The notes under the pieces were generated by a model, which had not been told where the DNA came from, did not search any database, and saw only the letters and a list, made by a program, of their open reading frames with translations. A stretch of 16,347 nucleotides of DNA from a virus (taxonomy: Duplodnaviria > Heunggongvirae > Uroviricota > Caudoviricetes): the IMG/VR virus record IMGVR_UViG_2529292905_000024; one strand, written 5' to 3'. The translations under genes were made by a program, and so were the position numbers. The stretch's first letter is position 1. Each line of letters starts with the position of its first letter. Positions 1 through 7,480 of the stretch are shown here, one piece after another.

Positions 1-1851
1 TTATGCTGCCGGTGCATTTATCTCCAGCATCAGACTTTCTATCTCAACGCCATACGCTGCATTTTTTGTAACATCCGTCAGCGTCAGCGCATTCAGTCCC
101 AGTGTCAGACTGTCTTTTATAACCTGGAATGCCGGGCCAGCCACTCCATTCAGTTTCGGAGTAACCGTGGCACTGCCGGCGGTGAACACCAGCTCCAGCG
201 TCTGCCAGTCGTTACCGTAATCGCCGAACTCCCCCAGCTTCGTGTTTCCGGCTTTCCTGTGATGCATCAGATTCACTCTGCCGTCAGTGGTCTGAGTGAA
301 GTACGACATCAGGAACGGATTACCGGTACCCGTCATCGCCACACCATCAGGAACGGGAGCATCCGTATACAGATAAATCCCCAGCCCGAACTGATTGTTG
401 GTCAGTGCGCCTGACAGGCGGAACTTACAGGTCAGTCTGCCGCCCTGTGTCAGCAGGGTAATTGCGTCATCCACCGGATGCGTCAGGGACCAGGTTTTAT
501 TGCTCTGCTTGGTGATCTTAAATACACCATCTGACAACTGAATTCCGCCATCCTTAATGCTCCAGCCCTGCGCAGCAGCCTCTCCGGCTGCCGGCAGCAG
601 GGAGATTGTGCGAACGGACGTATCTGCAGACGGACCCGATGGCGTGTTGCCGCCGGGCGAGGGTTTAATTTCCGGTGCCTTACCACTGATGAAGGCTGAG
701 GTGCGCCCGGCTGCGTTCAGAATAGCGGTTGCCAGACGATCCGGAATAATGCTCCTGCGCGCCCATGAACTGAAATGTGTCGGGCGGTTTGATGATACCT
801 GGTTTCCATTCGTTCTCGATGCCGCACCGTAATATCCTGATGCCGGAATATCCGGATCTTCTGCCGGCGCGTTAGTGGCGGTATTGACGCCGTTACCGTC
901 TGTCATGAAGGGCACAAAATAAACGCCCTCACTCTCCCTGTTTTTATACCCGCCGTACACGGTGTCGTACTGGGTAGCGTATGTATTTTTCCAGTAATAC
1001 GTCGTGTCACCACAAACCCACGGCACATCTGCAGCACTGCCACCATGGCACTGCGCGTTAAACACGGAGAGGTCAGCACGAAACTGTGTCAGCATGGCTG
1101 TAAACAGCGCAGGTTGCTGTGCGTGGGTGGCGGCGCTCATGTCAAACTCTCCCTGCATCCAGCACACCGCCAGCAACACATTTTTCGGGTTCTTCTGTAA
1201 TGCAGCTTTAGTGCGCGCAATCAGGTCCTGATATAACGGTTTACCCACACCCCAGCGTGCCGAATCCTGGCTGGCCCCCGTGTCCGCACTGAATGTCCCC
1301 TCAGCGCCCTGGGTGAATGCAGAACCACCACGACAGCATGGTACCAGCAGGATCCCCGCGTTATTCGGGATATACGGAAGCAGTTTTTTGGCAATATGTA
1401 AGCCCTGGCCGACACAGCCGTACTGCCCTTTGCTCAGGTCTGCCTTCGGATGATTCAGCGTACTCATATCCTGCACATCATGCAGGCAGTGGTCAGCCGG
1501 GATGATGTCGTTATACGTACAACTCTCTCCACCCGGAGTTACCGTGCTGCGGCGCGCCAGCTGTTTAATGCGCGGATCCGGAGCATCGTAAGAATCCGGT
1601 AACGGAAGCCCTTCACCGTAGGCCATGCCGTTGGACTGTCCGGCAAGCACAACCACGTAGAACCAGTCCGGCTCAGATGAAGGGCCGTCCTGTGGATCTC
1701 CTTCAATAGCCACCGCCTGCATCAGTGTGTACGGCGTAATGGCAACCGGTCCGCCGTATGGCTGCCAGCCCTCTTTCAGTTTGTGTGTCAGCTTTTCCGC
1801 AAGGTCTGACGGCGACGCCGCCCTGACAACATCATAGTGTTTAAATGCCAT
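1..1851 (-). CDS. Prophage NanS-p-type sialate O-acetylesterase (SASA/SGNH esterase core with N-terminal DUF1737-like segment)
   Basis: Complete 616-aa ORF with stop at position 1. N-terminus MAFKHYDVVRAASPSDLAEKL and the VLAGQSNGMAYGEG (GQSN) esterase motif recalled from esterases encoded downstream of stx in Stx phages. Family call is from memory, not a search. Confidence 0.8.
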   Translation of the reverse strand: MAFKHYDVVRAASPSDLAEKLTHKLKEGWQPYGGPVAITPYTLMQAVAIEGDPQDGPSSEPDWFYVVVLAGQSNGMAYGEGLPLPDSYDAPDPRIKQLARRSTVTPGGESCTYNDIIPADHCLHDVQDMSTLNHPKADLSKGQYGCVGQGLHIAKKLLPYIPNNAGILLVPCCRGGSAFTQGAEGTFSADTGASQDSARWGVGKPLYQDLIARTKAALQKNPKNVLLAVCWMQGEFDMSAATHAQQPALFTAMLTQFRADLSVFNAQCHGGSAADVPWVCGDTTYYWKNTYATQYDTVYGGYKNRESEGVYFVPFMTDGNGVNTATNAPAEDPDIPASGYYGAASRTNGNQVSSNRPTHFSSWARRSIIPDRLATAILNAAGRTSAFISGKAPEIKPSPGGNTPSGPSADTSVRTISLLPAAGEAAAQGWSIKDGGIQLSDGVFKITKQSNKTWSLTHPVDDAITLLTQGGRLTCKFRLSGALTNNQFGLGIYLYTDAPVPDGVAMTGTGNPFLMSYFTQTTDGRVNLMHHRKAGNTKLGEFGDYGNDWQTLELVFTAGSATVTPKLNGVAGPAFQVIKDSLTLGLNALTLTDVTKNAAYGVEIESLMLEINAPAA

Positions 1852-2044
1852 GAATCCTCCCGGCCGGGATAATATTGTGAGTAAAATGAGGAGCGGGCTG
1901 AAGTCCGGAAGTTACAGGACAATGGCAGAAGAGAGACAACAGCCCGCAATACGAAAAAGGCCGCGCTATTGCGCAGAGTGATTACTGTCGGATATTATTC
2001 GCCAGCTGAAATATTACTTCACGTTTTGTTGTTTATTCCTTGCC

Positions 2045-2073
2045 GCCCGCGTCTCCCTGCGCGGGCTTTTTTT
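2045..2073 (+). terminator. Intrinsic terminator-like hairpin (7-bp GC stem gcccgcg/cgcgggc followed by T7) with an adjacent second palindrome cccctccggagagggg at 2087-2102
   Basis: Perfect inverted repeat followed by ttttttt on the plus strand; the second hairpin reads as a weaker minus-strand terminator (followed by cuuucuu). Confidence 0.5.
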
Positions 2074-2300
2074 GTCCATAAGAAAGCCCCTCCGGAGAGG
2101 GGCTGGAGAGTGGCGCTATGTGCCATTGCATGGTGCCGGGTGCCTCCCGGTGAATTCAGTACCAGCACCTGAATCCGCGATTATCCCATATACCTACTCG
2201 CTGATTGCCCCTCCGCACAGGGGGATTCACCATGCCAGTTTCTTTTAACAAACTCCCCGCAAACCAGACAACAGTCAACCGCCTGAATTGTGAGACATTT

Positions 2301-2326
2301 AAAAAAAAGGCCCGCAAAAGCGAGCC
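2301..2326 (-). terminator. Intrinsic terminator downstream of the tRNA cluster
   Basis: Minus-strand hairpin ggcucgc/gcgggcc (one G-U pair) followed by U8 (plus-strand A8 at 2301-2308), immediately 3' of tRNA-Arg(UCU). Confidence 0.55.
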
Positions 2327-2340
2327 AGGGAAAATAAGTG

Positions 2341-2417
2341 TGGCGCGTTGTACTGGATTCGAACCAGTGACCGATTGCTTAGAAGGCAATTGCTCTGTCC
2401 GGCTGAGCTAACAACGC
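2341..2417 (-). tRNA. tRNA-Arg (anticodon UCU)
   Basis: Hand-folded 77-nt cloverleaf: perfect 7-bp acceptor stem gcgttgt/acaacgc, D-stem gctc/gagc, anticodon loop CTTCTAA, T-arm actgg-TTCGAAT-ccagt, encoded CCA. Resembles the argO-type rare-codon tRNA of Stx phages. Confidence 0.85.
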
Positions 2418-2430
2418 AGGATACAGATAA

Positions 2431-2507
2431 TGGACCGCCTTCGGGGACCCGAACTCCGCGCAACCAGCTTCGAAAGCTGGCGCTCTTTCCTGATGAGCTA
2501 ATGGCGG
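2431..2507 (-). tRNA. tRNA-Arg-like (anticodon UCG), possibly degenerate
   Basis: 77-nt cloverleaf with D-stem gctc/gagc and anticodon stem ccagc/gctgg around loop TTTCGAA, encoded CCA; but an A-A mismatch in the acceptor stem, an A-C mismatch in the T-stem and T-loop TTCGGGT (G at position 58). Confidence 0.55.
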
Positions 2508-2514
2508 TATGTGA

Positions 2515-2590
2515 TGGTGGCCCTTGCTGGATTTGAACCAGCGACCTGGCGATTATGAGTCGCTCGCTCTCACCACTGAGCTAAAGGGCC
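2515..2590 (-). tRNA. tRNA with CAU anticodon, ileX-like (tRNA-Ile2 lysidine type; tRNA-Met not excluded)
   Basis: 76-nt cloverleaf GGCCCTTTAGCTCAGTGG...CTCATAA...GGTTCAAATCC...AAGGGCCACCA with perfect acceptor and T stems; near-identical as recalled to E. coli ileX. Confidence 0.85.
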
Positions 2591-2618
2591 GGGTCAAAAA
2601 ATAATAATCAGATGAAAA

Positions 2619-3332
2619 TCAATAATCAAGCCCTTGCCTGGATACATATCTGTCTGGCGGGAAGCCATAATAGCGGTGAAATACAGAAATAAAGTAGGAC
2701 CAGCTTGAATAACCGCATTTTTCTGCTACAGCCTGTCCATATCCATGCCGGGAACATAACATATTGACAGCAACACGCATCCGCTCTTCCAGCAACAAGC
2801 GACTGAACATGTGCCCTTCATTTTTCAGTTTTATCTTTAACAAACTCTCACTCATATGCAGGCGTAACGCAATCGCACCAAGCGTCCAGCTTGCTGATAT
2901 ATCTGTCTGAATTATCGCCCTGACTTTGGCACTTATACTGGATAAACATCCACTTAAAAATAATAATATCCGTTCATCTGATTCAAACAGCGACAGGCAT
3001 ACCATCATAAGAAACATATCCGTGGTATCTCCGGAAAATCTCTGGCTGGTAATTAAAGCCTCAGCCAACGCAGGGTTGTTGGGTTCCAGTGACAGATAAA
3101 GCGGAACGTCAGTCAGATGAGTTCTTGTCAGCTTATGCTGAATTTCCAGATATTGACTTACTATGGAATGGTTTATATCGAAAATTTTAACTTTGCCATA
3201 ATGCATAAGGAAAAGCGCCCTGATGCATTTGGTGGCCAGAACGACTGAGCCGGGCTTAAGTGACAACGTATCCTTTTCAAGAAAAATATTAATTGGGGAG
3301 CAAACCATGATAACTGAACAGACAACAACCAT
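2619..3332 (-). CDS. AraC/XylS-family transcriptional regulator
   Basis: 237-aa ORF in visibly AT-rich DNA; C-terminal double-HTH signature (SESLLKIKLKNEGHMFSRLLLEERMRVAVNML...GYSSWSYFISVFHRYYGFPPDRY). Exact start uncertain. Confidence 0.8.
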   Translation of the reverse strand: MVVVCSVIMVCSPINIFLEKDTLSLKPGSVVLATKCIRALFLMHYGKVKIFDINHSIVSQYLEIQHKLTRTHLTDVPLYLSLEPNNPALAEALITSQRFSGDTTDMFLMMVCLSLFESDERILLFLSGCLSSISAKVRAIIQTDISASWTLGAIALRLHMSESLLKIKLKNEGHMFSRLLLEERMRVAVNMLCSRHGYGQAVAEKCGYSSWSYFISVFHRYYGFPPDRYVSRQGLDY

Positions 3333-3426
3333 TATAATTTTACTTTCATTAGCAATTGGTTAGTTCAATTATAGCCCCAAAAGGTAAATTATCATCAACA
3401 CATAAGCAAAGGACTGACAGGTGCCG

Positions 3427-3666
3427 CTAACACCCACCAGCCGCCCATTTACCACAAATAAAAAAGCCTTCAGGACTGAAGGCGTCTGTAACAACCGAAC
3501 TGATAGTCTGCCAGACCCGCATAACCAGCAGGGTCAGTATTAACTGGCAGCGCTCGCGTGAAAGGTACGTATTCTGCGCAATCTCCCCAACCGTCGCCGG
3601 TTCGGTGACGCTTAATTCATCAAACACAACTCTGGCGGTTTCTGTCATATCCTGCTGTTTCAGCAT
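3427..3666 (-). CDS. Hypothetical small protein (79 aa), possible winged-helix DNA-binding protein
   Basis: ORF with a plausible SD (aaggg) upstream of the ATG at 3666; its last 16 codons are encoded by the terminator hairpin at 3456-3483, so the true 3' end is doubtful. No family recognised. Confidence 0.3.
   Translation of the reverse strand: MLKQQDMTETARVVFDELSVTEPATVGEIAQNTYLSRERCQLILTLLVMRVWQTISSVVTDAFSPEGFFICGKWAAGGC
3456..3483 (-). terminator. Intrinsic terminator
   Basis: Minus-strand hairpin gccuucag-NNN-cugaaggc (8-bp stem, 3-nt loop) followed by a U-run (plus-strand aaataaaaaa at 3456-3465). Confidence 0.6.
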
Positions 3667-3789
3667 GTCTTTTTACCCTTTCCGGTTAACGTGACACACC
3701 AATAACTCTTGTCGAAAAAGCCAGCAAGCTGAAAGACCTGTATTAATAACTACCAGCACATTTAACGCACTGCGCTACTTTGCGGGCAC

Positions 3790-3812
3790 AAAAAACCCGC
3801 TCAGAGGCGGGG
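3790..3812 (-). terminator. Intrinsic terminator-like hairpin downstream of the CPBP gene
   Basis: Plus-strand aaaaaacccgctcagaggcgggg: minus-strand stem cccgc/gcggg followed by U6. Confidence 0.45.
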
Positions 3813-3952
3813 TCAAGCTATGCGGCGAAATAACCACTCTTAACAGCATACCTGATTTTTTACGTACGTAAATGCTTTGCCGTGCATATTTTTCATGCAA
3901 ATGTCACGTCCTGCTATTTTTCAGTCTTATAAATTTAAAACCATAGAAAAAA

Positions 3953-4660
3953 TCAATTATGTTTTAAAAATGGATAGGTAAAGAATAACAAGTGACACAG
4001 ATTCAAACCAAAATGGAAAAGGGTGGCAACCCACAAACGCCCACTCCACATCCATGACAATCCATACACAACACCAGATAACGTGGCAAATAATACAAGT
4101 AAAGCACCACCTGAATAGTGAAAAAAACCAAACAACAAAGCCGCCACAATTAATGCAACCAATGGAGACGTTACTTCTGATAGCCGTGATTGAATATACC
4201 CTCTAAATAATAATTCCTCTGCCAGAGACACAAAAAACAAATTAGCCAATATAAACTCTGGCAACCACTCAGGAAAATGAATCTCTGGCTTTAATCCACC
4301 AAAAAAAACAGCCAAAAACAGGATAAGAGGAACAGAGAGCGACAGAGCCCCCCACTTCCACAAAGACACTTCTGATTTTACTTCTTTTTTAAACAAAGAA
4401 GATGTACACAGGACTAACAAAAATGGCACCAGCGCTTTATCAAAATTAAAATACATTGTATAGGGAGTGCTTTGAGGGCCAACAGTAACAGAATTTAGCA
4501 CTACAGGATTGTGAAACCCTGGCCATAGATGGAAAGATAATGCTATGGCTGATAAAACCATGCCAACTTCATATATAGATTTAGCCCAGGCGTTATATTT
4601 CCAGTTGAACTTCAAAATAATAAAAAAACGATTGTAGCAACAAAAAATAACACCGACCAA
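3953..4660 (-). CDS. CPBP-family (Abi/CAAX-protease-like) intramembrane metalloprotease
   Basis: Multi-TM hydrophobic protein with the three CPBP motifs in order: EELLFRG, FGFFHY, LFHFGLN. Track start is TTG; first in-frame ATG is at 4561; the N-terminus may be supplied by the overlapping frame 4612-4770. Confidence 0.7.
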   Translation of the reverse strand: MVGVIFCCYNRFFIILKFNWKYNAWAKSIYEVGMVLSAIALSFHLWPGFHNPVVLNSVTVGPQSTPYTMYFNFDKALVPFLLVLCTSSLFKKEVKSEVSLWKWGALSLSVPLILFLAVFFGGLKPEIHFPEWLPEFILANLFFVSLAEELLFRGYIQSRLSEVTSPLVALIVAALLFGFFHYSGGALLVLFATLSGVVYGLSWMWSGRLWVATLFHFGLNLCHLLFFTYPFLKHN

Positions 4661-4770
4661 TCAATAATATCATTAAGCACAGCCAGGACAACAGACACCG
4701 TCAACAATGAAAAAGCCACTACCTTATGCCAACTGAGAGTTGACAGTGACAGTACTAACACAATCCACAT
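4612..4770 (-). CDS. Small hydrophobic ORF (52 aa), possibly the displaced N-terminus of the CPBP protease
   Basis: Strong SD aaggag 5 nt upstream of the ATG at 4770; translation MWIVLVLSLSTLSWHKVVAFSLLTVSVVLAVLNDIIDWSVLFFVATIVFLLF ends at a TGA straddling a T7 tract (plus-strand A7 at 4622-4628) and overlaps the CPBP frame. Confidence 0.4.
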   Translation of the reverse strand: MWIVLVLSLSTLSWHKVVAFSLLTVSVVLAVLNDIIDWSVLFFVATIVFLLF

Positions 4771-4801
4771 AAGCACTCCTTTTATTTAATGATGAAGATT
4801 G

Positions 4802-4830
4802 ATTATCAATATTTTCAATTCACCAGGCAA
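4802..4830 (-). promoter_or_regulatory. Candidate sigma70 promoter downstream of Q (possible pR'-equivalent or CPBP promoter)
   Basis: Minus-strand TTGCCT, 17-bp spacer, GATAAT, located between the Q stop and the SD of the 4770 ORF. Pattern match only. Confidence 0.25.
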
Positions 4831-4921
4831 CATTTTATCTACCTTCCACAATACATGACCATCAAAAAATAAACATGTTAATTATAAACGCAGAAAACAT
4901 AACCCTCATCACTATATATCC

Positions 4922-5293
4922 CTACCGCATATCCATATCTAACCGGACATTCAGAGCCATAAGCATTCCTTCAATAATACCTTCCGCTTTATAAAGCCTT
5001 TTACCAATAAGCCCATCAGAACATCTATGCTTACGTGCAAGAGCCATAAATGTCATTCCACCTACGTAATAATCCACCAACAAATCGTGCAAATACTGAT
5101 TATTCTTGTTTAATCGTGCCATACAACCACAAATTATCATGGCGTCATCATCAGAACACTGAGGACGTGATTTCACTTTAGTCGGGATTAATCCTTTAAA
5201 ACCAGCAGCTATCGAGGGCCATGTTACATCTTCATGATTATTTACTGCCCATGCCCCCCATCGCTCAAGAACCATCTGGATATCACGCGCCAT
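4922..5293 (-). CDS. Late-gene antiterminator Q (QuuD-like)
   Basis: 123 aa from the ATG at 5293 (SD gaggtgg upstream); [25 protein letters not shown]...[11 protein letters not shown] resembles E. coli DLP12 QuuD as recalled; sits directly after rusA as in lambdoid Nin regions. Confidence 0.8.
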   Translation of the reverse strand: MARDIQMVLERWGAWAVNNHEDVTWPSIAAGFKGLIPTKVKSRPQCSDDDAMIICGCMARLNKNNQYLHDLLVDYYVGGMTFMALARKHRCSDGLIGKRLYKAEGIIEGMLMALNVRLDMDMR

Positions 5294-5654
5294 CGTTACC
5301 ACCTCTGATTTCGTAAATCTTCACGCCCAGCCGTCCACCTGGCACAGGCTGACCGCGCACAATATTGATTTCATCAAACTGCTCGTCATCAATGAGCACT
5401 TCCGCATGCGTCAGCGCATCCAGCGGCGCTTTCAGAATATTGTCCAGGTCACGGCGGCGCTTATCCGGTGGTTCTGCAATAATTTTTATTGCCAGCCGTC
5501 CGGACAGGCTTAATTTCAGCCGCTGCTGGCGAACAATAAGCGCCACAGCCCGGCGATAACGCTCACCGGCTTTTGATACAAAATATGTGCTGCCACGACG
5601 TCGCCAGTAGGTGTTCACCGTCGGCGGGTAAGGCAAAACAAACTCTATACGCAT
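5283..5654 (-). CDS. rusA: RusA-family Holliday junction resolvase
   Basis: 123-aa ORF with SD agagg; the [29 protein letters not shown] region matches the RusA catalytic core; canonical position before Q. Confidence 0.85.
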   Translation of the reverse strand: MRIEFVLPYPPTVNTYWRRRGSTYFVSKAGERYRRAVALIVRQQRLKLSLSGRLAIKIIAEPPDKRRRDLDNILKAPLDALTHAEVLIDDEQFDEINIVRGQPVPGGRLGVKIYEIRGGNDGA

Positions 5655-5666
5655 CAGTAACCTCTT

Positions 5667-6716
5667 TTACCCGAGCACGCCGGTTGCAAAAGCGTGATCA
5701 AGAAAACGAAAAATTAAATCAACCTGGGAACCATGCTTTTCTTCGAACGCCAGCGGATCCGCATGAAGCTCGTTGTGATGCTCCCGACACAGCGGTAGCG
5801 TGAAAATATCGTGGGATTTTGTTCCCATTCCACCCTGACCATGACCAATCAGATGATGAGGATCGTCCGCTGGCTTACCACAACACGCACACGGCTGTGT
5901 CTTTACCCAGCGTGTGTATTTCTCATTTACCCAGCGGCGACGTTTAGGTCGTTTCATGAAAGATTCCGGAGACTCAGGATCAACGGCAATGCTGACCACC
6001 GTCTTTTCCTGTGGTGGGTTCTGTTGCTGGTGGGCGTGAGGCAGCGGCGCAAGATTTTTTGTGCGCTGTTTCAGTATGCTGGTGGCGGTCTGCTCTCCCG
6101 GTACGATGTCGCTTTCGCGGTACACCGAGCAGATTTTTTCCGCTGGTAATCCCAGCGAGCGACGTAATACCGCTTCCGGTAGCGCGTCCGCCAGCTGATT
6201 GCGGACCGCCCACCAGGATAATTCAGCCAGAGATAATTCACGCTCCTGCGTACCGCTTATTGCGTGACCGATGACGTCAATCATCCATGCTGACAGGTTT
6301 TGATGAGCAAGTTGCTCGAGTGATTCGGATGTCTGGTCACGCAGCTGGTTGTCGCAGTGCCAGCACAACACCATTGCGCCGGTACCATAACGGTGAATAA
6401 CGGTTTCACTGTGATGATAGTCACCATGAGGCCACTGGCAGGATTTGACATGACGCAACAGCCAGTCAGACAGTGCACCAGCGCCACCAACAGCACGAAT
6501 CACACGCTCATTGCTGAAAAACGGCAGTAATGATTTATCCTCCACCAGCGGCTGGCGAACAGTGGGAACCGCTCCGGATGGCAGCGCCCGCATGTTTTTC
6601 GGTTCCGGCTCAACCAGCACCCTGCTGTGATGAAAAACCGGCAGTGATTCGCGCCCGGGCTTAAGGACCACCAGCCCGAGTTCCGGTACCGGAACAGGTC
6701 GAAGTAATACCCGCAC
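5667..6716 (-). CDS. DUF968-family prophage protein (YdfU-like, HNH-like C-terminal motif)
   Basis: 349-aa ORF with GTG start 1 nt after the upstream stop and SD ggagg 5 nt upstream; C-terminal PCACCGKPADDPHHLIGHGQGG...CREHHNELH Cys/His cluster typical of DUF968 proteins in Nin regions. Confidence 0.7.
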   Translation of the reverse strand: MRVLLRPVPVPELGLVVLKPGRESLPVFHHSRVLVEPEPKNMRALPSGAVPTVRQPLVEDKSLLPFFSNERVIRAVGGAGALSDWLLRHVKSCQWPHGDYHHSETVIHRYGTGAMVLCWHCDNQLRDQTSESLEQLAHQNLSAWMIDVIGHAISGTQERELSLAELSWWAVRNQLADALPEAVLRRSLGLPAEKICSVYRESDIVPGEQTATSILKQRTKNLAPLPHAHQQQNPPQEKTVVSIAVDPESPESFMKRPKRRRWVNEKYTRWVKTQPCACCGKPADDPHHLIGHGQGGMGTKSHDIFTLPLCREHHNELHADPLAFEEKHGSQVDLIFRFLDHAFATGVLG

Positions 6717-6717
6717 G

Positions 6718-6996
6718 TTACCTCCAGATGCGTTGCTGGAATGTGCGGGACGGACGCGGTGGGCGCTCGGAGTACGGCAGCCTGACGTAGATTATCCAGT
6801 GACGATAATCGAGGCTGAGGGCTTTCCTAAACTCATACCCACGTCTGCGGTAGTTCTGAATCAGCCATTCGGCCTGTTCTTCAGTGCATGGGGCGTGCCG
6901 GAACCAGTCAGATTTGAATGCATGAGAACGCCGCCCGTGCCTGCTGGCAAAGACGGCTGAATTATCAGAATTGTGTAGTCTGGAATTTTGCGCCAT
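6718..6996 (-). CDS. Hypothetical Nin-region protein (92 aa)
   Basis: ORF with ATG at 6996 and SD ggaga; translationally coupled to the downstream DUF968 gene. No family recognised. Confidence 0.45.
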   Translation of the reverse strand: MAQNSRLHNSDNSAVFASRHGRRSHAFKSDWFRHAPCTEEQAEWLIQNYRRRGYEFRKALSLDYRHWIIYVRLPYSERPPRPSRTFQQRIWR

Positions 6997-7065
6997 CGGC
7001 TTTCTCCGGTGGCACAGTGTTACTCAACAGGGGTTCAGCCCTGCGCTGAATTGTAGATGAATTCA

Positions 7066-7371
7066 CTAATCTTCAAAAGCAGAAAAACCAGCCTTAATCC
7101 CAGCTTCTTTCAGAGACGGCAACGATGTGACAAATTCATTTGCACGCAAAATAAAACCATCCGTCACAAGCCCATCCACAAAGTAAATTAACGCAGCTCC
7201 ACTCTTCCTATGTAGAGACTGTAAACATTTAATACGGCAGTGGCTGACAATAGCGCCATTCTCAACGCGCACAGTATAGAGGCCATCTTCACTAAAAATT
7301 TCACGTAATTCTTCGATTTTCATCAACAGAATCCTTCCAGATAAATAGCACTCCCCCTGTTCGGGGTCCAT
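7066..7371 (-). CDS. Hypothetical prophage protein (101 aa; alternative start at 7323 gives 85 aa)
   Basis: ORF with ATG at 7371 (SD ggag) and a second ATG at 7323 (SD ggaagg). No family recognised. Confidence 0.45.
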   Translation of the reverse strand: MDPEQGECYLSGRILLMKIEELREIFSEDGLYTVRVENGAIVSHCRIKCLQSLHRKSGAALIYFVDGLVTDGFILRANEFVTSLPSLKEAGIKAGFSAFED

Positions 7372-7454
7372 CCCTCTTCTCCCTGCGCGCTACTTAAGTA
7401 TTTTTGATTCTATTCTGGCACCGTCCAAAACTTCAAACACGTTGAAAATAAAAA

Positions 7455-7478
7455 CAAAAAACCCGCCGAAGCGGGTAT
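7455..7478 (-). terminator. Intrinsic terminator ending the two-gene moron
   Basis: Minus-strand hairpin acccgc-uucg-gcgggu followed by U6, starting 3 nt after the stop of the 7481-8584 gene; core is a 20-nt exact copy of the 9293-9313 terminator. Confidence 0.65.
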
Positions 7479-7480
7479 AC

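Noticed and set aside
483-1505. Track ORFs inside or antisense to the esterase gene (483-686, 557-832, 1004-1231, 1221-1415, 1317-1505)
   Set aside because: All are embedded in the well-supported 616-aa esterase ORF, have no SD or recognisable product, and are typical GC-rich shadow frames.
1852-2340. Possible Shiga toxin (stxAB) genes between the tRNA cluster and the esterase
   Set aside because: Looked for because of the Stx-phage-like scaffold, but the interval is about 490 bp with no ORF of the required size.
1969-2536. Track ORFs 1969-2172, 2156-2389, 2205-2411 and 2348-2536
   Set aside because: They run through terminator hairpins or overlap the tRNA genes; the region is better explained by RNA genes and terminators.
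5365-6496. Track ORFs overlapping rusA and the DUF968 gene (5365-5559, 5573-5803, 5811-6149, 5980-6213, 6011-6274, 6281-6496)
   Set aside because: Embedded in or antisense to confidently called genes in GC-rich DNA; no start signals or recognisable domains.
6733-6960. Plus-strand ORF antisense to the 92-aa Nin-region gene
   Set aside because: Antisense shadow frame in an otherwise strictly minus-strand operon; no SD.
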